This document shows, piece after piece, positions 39,784 to 48,920 of a DNA stretch of 64,000 nt. Positions within the stretch are counted from its first letter, which is position 1, and each line of letters begins with the position of its first letter. The translations under genes were made by a program, and so were the position numbers. Source of the stretch: a virus; IMG/VR virus record IMGVR_UViG_3300007735_000798, positions 32,001 through 96,000 of that record; one strand, given 5' to 3'. The notes below the pieces were generated by a model. The model searched no databases. It worked only from the letters and a program-made list of their open reading frames with translations, and was not told the DNA's origin.

Positions 39784-40299
39784 TTATAAAAATATCCAAA
39801 CTAATGTTGCAAATAACCCCGCACCACCAAAAGGAACTAATAAATTATATGGAGGTGGGGCAAAATTCATAAATTGTAATCCAACTAATACTCCAGCCGC
39901 GCCAGCAAGAATTGCCGCAATTAATTTTAAATTATGATAACGTTTAATTGCTTTAACACATTTGTCTAACCATTTTTGAGCTTCGGCTTGTTGAACAGTT
40001 CCCCATTGTTTTAAAGTTTCAATTTGTTTATTTAGAATATCAATTTCTTTAAAACTTTGATCTAAATCCAAACGTGCTTGTGTTAAACTTTTTTCTAGTT
40101 TAACATTCTCACTTTTTGTTTCTTCCAGTTCTTTTTTTAATTGTACGACAATATCTTTTGCATCACGAATTGGATTAGTAGATTTTTGTACAGCAACTAG
40201 CGTTGGAGATGGCGTTGGTTTTGGCTTTGGTTTCCAAAATTGTCCGAAACTTGTTCCAGTTAAAATTAATAATATAATTAATGATAATAATTTTTTCAT
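39784..40299 (-). CDS. Spanin-like envelope protein (signal peptide, coiled coil, 2 C-terminal TM helices)
   Basis: Hydrophobic N-terminus, Pro-rich linker, heptad region, two hydrophobic helices; located in the lysis cassette. Confidence 0.45.
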   Translation of the reverse strand: MKKLLSLIILLILTGTSFGQFWKPKPKPTPSPTLVAVQKSTNPIRDAKDIVVQLKKELEETKSENVKLEKSLTQARLDLDQSFKEIDILNKQIETLKQWGTVQQAEAQKWLDKCVKAIKRYHNLKLIAAILAGAAGVLVGLQFMNFAPPPYNLLVPFGGAGLFATLVWIFL

Positions 40300-40565
40300 T
40301 TAATTGGTTCCTTTATAATTTTATCAGAACTTTCGATTTGTTCTAATAATTGATTTAAACGTTCTGTTAGGGTTAAAGCTTTATCTACTTTTTCTCCAAT
40401 AATCGTATTTGAGTCTCCAGCATTTGCAAGAGCAGTTTTTGTTTTTTCTAATGACGCAATAATTTGTTCAGTTTTTGCCGTAGGTGGTGCTAAATTTTTA
40501 TGTTTTGAATTTAAACAAACGCAACCTGTTAAAACTGGAATAACAAGAAACAATAAATATTTCAT
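40296..40565 (-). CDS. Lipoprotein, possible o-spanin
   Basis: Lipobox LTGC, short helical domain, overlaps the next gene. Confidence 0.55.
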   Translation of the reverse strand: MKYLLFLVIPVLTGCVCLNSKHKNLAPPTAKTEQIIASLEKTKTALANAGDSNTIIGEKVDKALTLTERLNQLLEQIESSDKIIKEPIK

Positions 40566-40600
40566 ATACTATATGTACACACGAAATAAATTATAGAAAT

Positions 40601-40978
40601 TTATTTAATCCAACTGGCGGCAAAGATTTTATCTGAAGAACCTCTGGCTGTATGGGCGTATTGGGCGATAGCTTGTACATTGTTTGTATAAGCATAAGTT
40701 CTCCAAGAACCCATTTTATCGTATGTAAAAAGTTGGTTTTTTCCTGGAGGGTAAAGATAGGCAACCATCGCATGACCGCGTATTTTTCCAGTTTGCGAGT
40801 CTTTCCATGAATAACGGAAAACTTCAGACCAAACACCATATTTTCTTAAAGATTGTTTAAATATAATTGCTGTAGGCAAGCAAGCATTAACCTCTTGCTC
40901 CATCCAAAATTCTGGATTAGTTGGAGTTGTTTCGCAACCAGTTAAAATTAATAAGAAAATTAATAATAAATATTTCAT
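40601..40978 (-). CDS. Lipoprotein with possible papain/transglutaminase-like Cys-His-Asp triad
   Basis: Lipobox LTGC; NACLP..GHAMVAY..TYD. Confidence 0.5.
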   Translation of the reverse strand: MKYLLLIFLLILTGCETTPTNPEFWMEQEVNACLPTAIIFKQSLRKYGVWSEVFRYSWKDSQTGKIRGHAMVAYLYPPGKNQLFTYDKMGSWRTYAYTNNVQAIAQYAHTARGSSDKIFAASWIK

Positions 40979-41331
40979 TAAGAAGTAACTTCTGTAACAG
41001 TTCCGTCTGAATTAAAATTAAATTCTGGCAATGAAGCCAAACGAGCATTTATATCCGCAACAAGATCGTCACGTTTTCCAGTCAATTGACCGATCATAAA
41101 TTGTGTTAGTGCGCTATTTAATTGAAATAATTCAACAGCATTTGAGCCTAAAATTTGTAATTTTTGTGGTCGTAAAGATGGATCTCTATGCAAAGTGTCA
41201 AAACTTTGAGTCCACATCGTATATAAAAAGTCAAGTATTCGACTAGGAGATTCTAATACTTGTTTCATTTCTTCAACCAATTTTAATTGATTAAATTCGG
41301 GAGATTGAATATTACCATTTAATAAGCTCAT
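40978..41331 (-). CDS. Hypothetical protein (possible fibre chaperone)
   Basis: 117-aa ORF directly after the long fibre gene. Confidence 0.5.
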   Translation of the reverse strand: MSLLNGNIQSPEFNQLKLVEEMKQVLESPSRILDFLYTMWTQSFDTLHRDPSLRPQKLQILGSNAVELFQLNSALTQFMIGQLTGKRDDLVADINARLASLPEFNFNSDGTVTEVTS

Positions 41332-41352
41332 AAGTTTATATTACACGTATTA

Positions 41353-44300
41353 TTACCAAGTTGTTAATGCTGAACGTTTCCATGAGTTTCCACTAACACA
41401 AACGTAGATAAAATCATTATCCCAAGAAATTTGTCCACGAGTTCCAGCTGATCCAGTACTTGTTGGCACTGTTGGATTTGGAATTATAATTCCAGAAGAT
41501 GCTATATTAACATTTGCACCAGTTAATGTAAGATCACGTAAAGTTCCATTTTGAGTTCTTTGGGTGCCTACAATAAAATTATTATTTTGCCAACCAACAA
41601 GTCCAAACTCACCAGTATTAGTACCAGTTAAATTATATACTCTAAATTGTTGGGCATTTGTTCCATTTACTTGAGACAAAATATTTGCTGCGTCACGAGT
41701 AATGAATAAATCACAACCTTGATCTAAACTTCTACCATGCCCCTGAGTTTGTCCAAAAGCCAAATGACCACCTCCTATAACATATAAATTTTGAGTTAAT
41801 AAACCATATCCAGCACCAGCACCACCACGAAAAGTTATTGCATTATTATTTTGATAAGATGCTAAGCTCATCATATATCCATTATCCCCACGATTTAGTG
41901 CGAATTCGGAAATTCCATTGGTTAAACTTGTTGTAGAAAAAGTTCCATTTTTATTAAAAATAAAATTATTATCGTAAAAATATACAAGGCCACTCGGCTT
42001 CATTAAGATATTATTGCCAGTTAAAATTAAATCTCTTAATGTTCCACTTGTTCCGATTCTTGTCCCAATAATTCCAGTAGTACCAGTCCATCCAAGTGTT
42101 AAAAATTCACGGGTGGCAAAATTATTTGTTGTTCCAGAATATATTTTATAAATATTAAAACCTTGATTGTTTGTGCCTATAGTGTCATTGGCACCATAGG
42201 AATCTCTAAGTCCAATATATCTATTTGTACCTTCTCCAAATAAATATCCAGCACTATTAAGAGTTAAATTATTATTTAAAGAAACAAAATTAGCATCAAT
42301 TGTTATAGCTGTTCCAGCTGAATAACCAATGGTCATATTATTTGTATTTGGCGTAATTTGATAATAATTTGCGCTACTAGGATTCGATAAATAAATACGA
42401 CTCGTTCCAGCCCCAGTTGTGCCAATATATAAATCTCCAGTTGGAATTCTAATATTTCGACCGCTTAAAGCAACATCTCTGAGAATTCCACTTTGTGTGG
42501 CTTGTGTGCCAATTACAAGTATATTTTGGCCAATTCCAGTTCCTGTGGCTTGCCATCCAAAAATTCCAAATTCGCCACTATTTGTTCCAGTACTATTAAA
42601 AACTCTTAATCTTTGCGGGTTTGTTCCATTAACAATATCTATACCCGTTGCAAATGTTTTTATACCACTTATTGTTTGATTGCCAGTTAAAGCCACTGCT
42701 CCGATAAGATGTGGATCAATTGGATCAGTACCATCCGTATAATGAGAAATATTATGAGAATAAATTGGCTGGATTCTCATAAATCCACCAGACCAATTAT
42801 TTAACGGTAAATTTGCAGATAAACTATTGGGTGTTACTTGTGGAGAAGCATCTTGCAAAATATTATTATATGTATACCACCAACGAGAGGTACCAGTATT
42901 AAAATAAATTTCTACCCCAGTGAGTCCAATTCCACTATAATAATAACTAGGATTTGGAAAAACTATAGTTCTATATTCTGGACGTTGAATGAAATTATAA
43001 ATACCTGGACCAGAAAAACCCCCTTTGATTAATGAGACTGGAAAATTTGATGTAATATCATTTTCTACAAATCTTTTTTGCCCACTAATATTTTGATTTC
43101 CAAAAACTAATATAGAGTTGCCACTTAAATTATTTATCTTCGTGTCAAGTGTTGAACCTGTCGAAGCGAGGCTCGTAATCGTAGCAAATCCAGTATAATT
43201 TTCAATATCTTTTATTACCGCAATTGTTTGTGTGGTCCCAGTTGGATATTTAGTAAAATCATAATATAATGTTCTATTTACGCTATTAATATATAGTTGA
43301 GCGTCTTCCAAATAAAATGTACTATATTCACTATTTGGCGCATCAAATGTTTGTATAGTTGGAGTAGAGGTTTGACCATATTCTCCAATACGAATTCCAG
43401 ATCTAAATGTTTTTAGCCCTGTAATACTTTGATCGTTAGTTGTGTAAACAATGGTTTCTGGTAGTTGAGCGGCCTCTCCACTTAAAAGTACGCCAGTTCC
43501 ATTAACAACAGGGCGATTAGTAAATGTAGCTACACCATTTAATATTGAAAGTGATGTATTACCAGGAGCCCCCCCGCCATATTGAAAACTTCCATCGGAC
43601 ATTTTGACTGCTATTACTTCATCACTAGTTGTTATTAAACCTACTTCATTACTATGAGCGCCATCAGTTATTCTTACTTGTCCTATATTATTATTGCCAA
43701 AAAATGTTTGATAAGAAGTAAAAGTTTTAATCCCATCAATAGTTTGATCACCAGTTGTAAATACAATATTACTATCACTTGAATTGATGTACCCACTAAG
43801 ATTATTTATCTTTGTGTCAAGTGTCGAGCCAGTTGATGCAAGATTCGTAATAGTAGCGTAATTAGATAAATCAACACCTGTTATAAAACCGCTAGGATTA
43901 TTTTTTGTATAAAAAGTATTATCAACAAATCCGCTATAATTAGTAATATCTGTTGTAGAGGCAATTTTTGCAAGCGTACTTAAATCACTATTTCGAGTGG
44001 TGGTTCCAAAGACCCATTGATTAGCAGGAACATCATAACCAATAATTGCACCAATACTATTTATTCCAGTCATTCCAGACCCTGTGACTATAAAGATACC
44101 AGCATCGCGTGCGCCACCAGTAGCATTTAATAAAAGATAATTATTAGCCACATTTGTACTGGTTGTATTGACAATTGTTTGTGTCCCAGTTACATAAAGA
44201 TCTCTAATATAAACTTCATTATTAAAACGTTTAATACCACTAACTGTTTGATTTCCACTCGTAAATAAAACATTATTACTATTCAACAAATCAATAGCTG

Positions 44301-45528
44301 AAGTTCTAAAAACTTGAGATGTTCTAAGATTAAGTGGTGAACTTGTAAATCCTAATAAGTCGTTAATAGAACTAGCATTTGCACCCATTTCGACAAAGGG
44401 AGCTCGAAGAACAGAGGCTCCCATCCAAGCACCCTCAAGTGGAGAATACCCACCAACCTGTAAAACTGAACTACCGCCACCACTTATTAATTTATATCCG
44501 CCAATAGTTTGATGACCAGTAGTAAAAACAATATTACTACTAGGAGAATTAATGTACCCACTAAGATTTGTAATTCTAGTATTAAGCGTCGAACCTGTTG
44601 AAGCAAGATTTATCGCAAGCGTCGAACCAGTTGACGCAAGGTTCGTGATAGTCGCATAATTTCCCGTTAAATTTCCACTTAAAGAATTAATTTTTGTATT
44701 AAGAGTTGAACCAGTTGACTCAAGATTTATAATTGTTGCGCCCTCTCCACTTAAAAGAACCTTAACATTATTTACAGTTGGAGTTTGATCAAAATTTGTA
44801 TTACCAAAAATTTCTATTCCATTATTATCAATATTTAAATACTTTGAAGAATATCCAATTCCAGCATTTATTTGATCAATATATACCCAACCATGAGCAC
44901 TATCTAAATTTTCACTATCAATCCAAAAATATCCTCCAGTTTGAATTAAAAAAGTTTTATTCCCACTTATTGATTGCTCACCACTTGTATAAACTATAGT
45001 ATCTGGTAACTGTGCCGCCTCCCCACTTAATAAAACTCCAGTTCCATTAATAAATGGTCTAGAAATAAATGTTTTAACACCTGTAATGGTTTGATCTCCT
45101 AATTTTAAAACAGAGATATCGTTCAAATTATTAATAAATGTTAATAAATTCGATCCAGTTAACTCAAGACCTGTAATTGTGGCATAAGTATTTCCAAGAT
45201 TATTAATTTGAGATTGTAATATAGAACCAGTTGACTGTAAATTTATGATTGTAGAAAAAGTATTATTTACGTATCCACTATAATTTAATAAATCTCCAGA
45301 AGTTACTAATCCACCAGTAATACCAAGACTTTCTTTTGTGATTACAACAAACCCAATTTGTCCATTAACGCTTTGAACTGGAGCATAGTTTTCCGATAAA
45401 CTAATAATAATCGGCTGCTCTGTAATATGGGCCGTTACATTATCAATTTGAGAAAAAGAAGTCGCGCCAGAAACATTAACAAATGGATCTGTTTCTATTA
45501 CTAAATTAATCTCTTCATCGAACCACAT
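41353..45528 (-). CDS. Long tail/head fibre protein with repeats
   Basis: 1391 aa; repeats NYATITNLASTGSTL, IVFTTGDQTISGxKTF, P.VNGTGVLLSGE; C-terminal GTRGQISWDNDFIYVCVSGNSWKR fibre tip. Confidence 0.75.
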   Translation of the reverse strand: MWFDEEINLVIETDPFVNVSGATSFSQIDNVTAHITEQPIIISLSENYAPVQSVNGQIGFVVITKESLGITGGLVTSGDLLNYSGYVNNTFSTIINLQSTGSILQSQINNLGNTYATITGLELTGSNLLTFINNLNDISVLKLGDQTITGVKTFISRPFINGTGVLLSGEAAQLPDTIVYTSGEQSISGNKTFLIQTGGYFWIDSENLDSAHGWVYIDQINAGIGYSSKYLNIDNNGIEIFGNTNFDQTPTVNNVKVLLSGEGATIINLESTGSTLNTKINSLSGNLTGNYATITNLASTGSTLAINLASTGSTLNTRITNLSGYINSPSSNIVFTTGHQTIGGYKLISGGGSSVLQVGGYSPLEGAWMGASVLRAPFVEMGANASSINDLLGFTSSPLNLRTSQVFRTSAIDLLNSNNVLFTSGNQTVSGIKRFNNEVYIRDLYVTGTQTIVNTTSTNVANNYLLLNATGGARDAGIFIVTGSGMTGINSIGAIIGYDVPANQWVFGTTTRNSDLSTLAKIASTTDITNYSGFVDNTFYTKNNPSGFITGVDLSNYATITNLASTGSTLDTKINNLSGYINSSDSNIVFTTGDQTIDGIKTFTSYQTFFGNNNIGQVRITDGAHSNEVGLITTSDEVIAVKMSDGSFQYGGGAPGNTSLSILNGVATFTNRPVVNGTGVLLSGEAAQLPETIVYTTNDQSITGLKTFRSGIRIGEYGQTSTPTIQTFDAPNSEYSTFYLEDAQLYINSVNRTLYYDFTKYPTGTTQTIAVIKDIENYTGFATITSLASTGSTLDTKINNLSGNSILVFGNQNISGQKRFVENDITSNFPVSLIKGGFSGPGIYNFIQRPEYRTIVFPNPSYYYSGIGLTGVEIYFNTGTSRWWYTYNNILQDASPQVTPNSLSANLPLNNWSGGFMRIQPIYSHNISHYTDGTDPIDPHLIGAVALTGNQTISGIKTFATGIDIVNGTNPQRLRVFNSTGTNSGEFGIFGWQATGTGIGQNILVIGTQATQSGILRDVALSGRNIRIPTGDLYIGTTGAGTSRIYLSNPSSANYYQITPNTNNMTIGYSAGTAITIDANFVSLNNNLTLNSAGYLFGEGTNRYIGLRDSYGANDTIGTNNQGFNIYKIYSGTTNNFATREFLTLGWTGTTGIIGTRIGTSGTLRDLILTGNNILMKPSGLVYFYDNNFIFNKNGTFSTTSLTNGISEFALNRGDNGYMMSLASYQNNNAITFRGGAGAGYGLLTQNLYVIGGGHLAFGQTQGHGRSLDQGCDLFITRDAANILSQVNGTNAQQFRVYNLTGTNTGEFGLVGWQNNNFIVGTQRTQNGTLRDLTLTGANVNIASSGIIIPNPTVPTSTGSAGTRGQISWDNDFIYVCVSGNSWKRSALTTW

Positions 45529-45534
45529 TTTAAA

Positions 45535-45876
45535 TTATGTTATGTCTCCAATTATTGGAAAGGTTCCTTTTAAATAAGTTCTTGTCATTTCGCCAGAAGC
45601 CAATTGAAAATCATAAGAATATGTTTTTGGTTGCATTAGCATGCAGGAACCAACTTTTGCATTTAAGCGTACTTCGTTACCCGTAATAACCATTGATGAA
45701 TCTACGGTTGACCAAGAAAGTACGGAAGAAGAGTTCATACTTTCTTTTACTTGGAGATATCCACTAACACCTTCCAAAGAAATTCCACTACCAGAAGAAT
45801 TATAAAATTTAAATACAATTGGACCATAACTATCGCCACGATATCCAGTCGGTAAATTATAAAATGCAGGAACCAT
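45535..45876 (-). CDS. Small Ig-like/BppU-like virion accessory protein
   Basis: YRGDS..YSYDFQL..TYLKGTF pattern. Confidence 0.5.
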   Translation of the reverse strand: MVPAFYNLPTGYRGDSYGPIVFKFYNSSGSGISLEGVSGYLQVKESMNSSSVLSWSTVDSSMVITGNEVRLNAKVGSCMLMQPKTYSYDFQLASGEMTRTYLKGTFPIIGDIT

Positions 45877-45925
45877 ATTTAATTAATTACACTTTATATT
45901 TATTTTAATTCATCATTAATTATGA

Positions 45926-46954
45926 TTATGTAGCTATATCACCATACATAATATATTTATTATCGCCAGTATGTAAAATACTTGCTTGTGCAAACTGTCC
46001 AGAAGTTCTAAATCTACTATTTAAACTATTTATTATAACATTTGAACCACTACCAGTAATTCTAACGTTTCCAACACCTATTTGAATAATTGATGCATTA
46101 AATCCAACTGGATTTCCGCTTATTATAGTTCCAGTTATTTGATTTGCTGAATTTATAAGAATAACATCTGAATTATAATTTTCAGAAATTAAAAAATTAT
46201 TAGTAATAAAAGTCAATTCTGGTACATAGTTTATTAATTTAGAATTTTGTAAATTAATACCCGATTGAAAAATTCCAGTATTAATAAAAGTTTTTGTACC
46301 ACTAATTGTTTGAACTCCTGTAGTAAATACTATATTACTATTTGAAGAATTTATGTAACCGCTTAATGAATTAATACTAGAATTTAACGTTGAACCTGTC
46401 GAGCCTAGGTTCGTAATAGTCGCATAATTGCCCGTCAAGTTTCCGCTTAACGAATTTATCTTCGCGTCAAGAGTCGAACCAGTTGACGCAAGGTTCGTGA
46501 TAGTGGCATAATTGCCCGTTAATGTTCCACTTAAGGAGTTAATTTTACTATCAAGAGTGGAGCCAGTAGAAAAAAGGTTTGAAAAGGAGACAGCTTCTCC
46601 ACTTAAAAGAATTCCAGTGGTACCAACCATAGGTCTTAATGTAAAAGTTTTTATTCCACTAATTGTTTGATCACCACTATTATAAACTAAACGATTTGAA
46701 TAAATATTATCGGTAAAAGTAACTTCTCCAGAAAATTTTACAATTGTATTACTATCAAAATTAACATTAACTCCAGAATATAAAATAGAATTTGATATAA
46801 ATGTTTTTGTTCCACTTATTGTTTGCGCCCCACTAGTAAATACTACATTTGGAAATCCACTCACAATTGGAAAAAAATAACCACTTCCATATTCGCCTAC
46901 AAGGTCTGAAACATTTGTAGATAATTGTGTTTTACTAATTAAACTTTTAGCCAT
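45926..46954 (-). CDS. Fibre-like protein sharing repeats with 41353..45528
   Basis: Same NYATITNLASTGSTL and QTISGTKTF repeats; C-terminal IIQIGVG..YIMYGD domain. Confidence 0.65.
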   Translation of the reverse strand: MAKSLISKTQLSTNVSDLVGEYGSGYFFPIVSGFPNVVFTSGAQTISGTKTFISNSILYSGVNVNFDSNTIVKFSGEVTFTDNIYSNRLVYNSGDQTISGIKTFTLRPMVGTTGILLSGEAVSFSNLFSTGSTLDSKINSLSGTLTGNYATITNLASTGSTLDAKINSLSGNLTGNYATITNLGSTGSTLNSSINSLSGYINSSNSNIVFTTGVQTISGTKTFINTGIFQSGINLQNSKLINYVPELTFITNNFLISENYNSDVILINSANQITGTIISGNPVGFNASIIQIGVGNVRITGSGSNVIINSLNSRFRTSGQFAQASILHTGDNKYIMYGDIAT

Positions 46955-46955
46955 A

Positions 46956-48878
46956 TTATTTTATTTTACTATGATATAAAAGAATTGCCGTTTTGTAATC
47001 AACACCATACTCTTCCGCAATAGTATTTATTTCATTCATGTTTACAGTTAAAACAACTGGTTTGTTAATATAATCTTCAATTTTATTTGTCCAATTTTTA
47101 GGATTTTCATTTGTAGCAATTGTTTCGGCAATAGTGTTAATAATATCTTTTTGTTCTTTAGTTAATCTTTTACGATCATATTTTTCTTTTAATGCGATTT
47201 CTACCGCACTAACTAAATTATCAAATTTAACCAAGTTTTTAGCTACAAGGTCTGCATTAATTTTTGATTTTTCTTCAGAAGCTTTTACACCAATTTTTCC
47301 AGGAGTTTTTGTTGTTTGAGGAGTTCCAGTTCCAGCAGGACGACCAATTTGACTTGGAGAAGGAGCGCCGATTCCTTGTGGTTTATTTAAAAGTGGACGA
47401 TATAAACCTTCCTCGTCTTGAAGTTTTATAAATTCTTTTTGAGATTTTATACTTTCTTCTGGGAGTGGTAAGCGACCAGTATCAATTGCTGTAATCCCTT
47501 CCTCTGGAGTTAAAACCCCAAGTTCAATCATTCTTGAATAAATACGTGTTAAATTTGCATCATTTTTAAAATCAGCGTCTTTAAATCTAGGAACTGGTAA
47601 ATTTTTAAATCCTAAATTTTTTGCAATAAGTTTCATCTCTGGAATAAGAAAATCATTCATAAAAGTTTCACGAGCATGTTTTAAACGTGAAAGAAATACT
47701 TCTATTTTTGTACTTGTATTTGCATATTTTTCTTCACCAAAAAGTACATTATTAAGACCATAACGAATATCACGATCCACAACTTCATATTTTCTAGGAT
47801 CAAGAATTTGCCCAATTTCTGGAATAATAAATTTTATATTGGTTGTATAATCACTAACAAGAATACGGCCAACACTTTCATTTTCAAATATTTTTCTTAA
47901 TGTACTAATTTGTTCTTTGGTGGGCATACCAACTTCATCATTTCCCATTGTAACTAATAAAACTGCTTGTTGTATGGTACGACTAATTGCCATATCCATA
48001 TTTTTAAGTTCTTGTTTCCAATTAATATCTTCAAGAACAGGAAAACCCATTGGAACACTAAATGGCTCATAATCTTGTTTTTTATAAAAAATAGGTATAA
48101 ATTTTTCAGGTTGTAATTCAAAAACCATATATTGGTTTGTCATACTAAGATTTGCTTTATCCTGTAAATCTTTAATATTTTTAACTCTTGTGGATAATTC
48201 TTTATCCTGTTCTGTTTGTGGGTTCGTTAAAACCTGCATTTCAAAATCATTTAATATTTTAATATAACGTGGGGTAATAAATGATGCAGACCCTATCGCT
48301 TGAATATCAGAAGGATTTAAAAGAATATATCGAATTGGAATTTCTCCAGCACGAGCTTCTGTCGTAATTAAATCTGAAATAACACGCATATCTTGTTTAG
48401 TAAATGCGGCGTGTAATTTATATAAAAATACGTTCCCACTTCTATAAAATTCACGGAAAAACATATCTTGTAAACGCCAAAGATTAATTCTATCTCCCCA
48501 TGCTTGAAAAAATTTTCTAGACTGTTCATTTCCACCAGTAAAATAAATAGGTGAACAACTAAATTCAGTCATTAAATCAATAGTATTTCTAAAAATAGAA
48601 AAATTATAATAAGCTTTTTGGCATAAAATTATAGTATCACGAATACTAATATTTGAACTATATTTACCAGCGCCACCACCATAAATAAAAGGAATAACCC
48701 CACCTTCAATATTTTTATATTTATCAGTCCTAGAAATACTAGATGCGCGGTTTCTTCTTACAGAAGTATTTACTTCTCCACGGCTTGCTTTTAACTCTAT
48801 TGTATCTTTAGATTTAATAGACCCTTCAATTACCTGCGGCTCTGGAAATTTAATATTTTTATTATTATTACGTGCCAT
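46956..48878 (-). CDS. Portal protein
   Basis: 640 aa directly after the terminase; FRNTIDLMTEF..FFREFYRSGNVF..LLNP.. Confidence 0.8.
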   Translation of the reverse strand: MARNNNKNIKFPEPQVIEGSIKSKDTIELKASRGEVNTSVRRNRASSISRTDKYKNIEGGVIPFIYGGGAGKYSSNISIRDTIILCQKAYYNFSIFRNTIDLMTEFSCSPIYFTGGNEQSRKFFQAWGDRINLWRLQDMFFREFYRSGNVFLYKLHAAFTKQDMRVISDLITTEARAGEIPIRYILLNPSDIQAIGSASFITPRYIKILNDFEMQVLTNPQTEQDKELSTRVKNIKDLQDKANLSMTNQYMVFELQPEKFIPIFYKKQDYEPFSVPMGFPVLEDINWKQELKNMDMAISRTIQQAVLLVTMGNDEVGMPTKEQISTLRKIFENESVGRILVSDYTTNIKFIIPEIGQILDPRKYEVVDRDIRYGLNNVLFGEEKYANTSTKIEVFLSRLKHARETFMNDFLIPEMKLIAKNLGFKNLPVPRFKDADFKNDANLTRIYSRMIELGVLTPEEGITAIDTGRLPLPEESIKSQKEFIKLQDEEGLYRPLLNKPQGIGAPSPSQIGRPAGTGTPQTTKTPGKIGVKASEEKSKINADLVAKNLVKFDNLVSAVEIALKEKYDRKRLTKEQKDIINTIAETIATNENPKNWTNKIEDYINKPVVLTVNMNEINTIAEEYGVDYKTAILLYHSKIK

Positions 48879-48920
48879 AATTTATTATAACAGTTTATTA
48901 CACTAAAATCTGATATTTTA

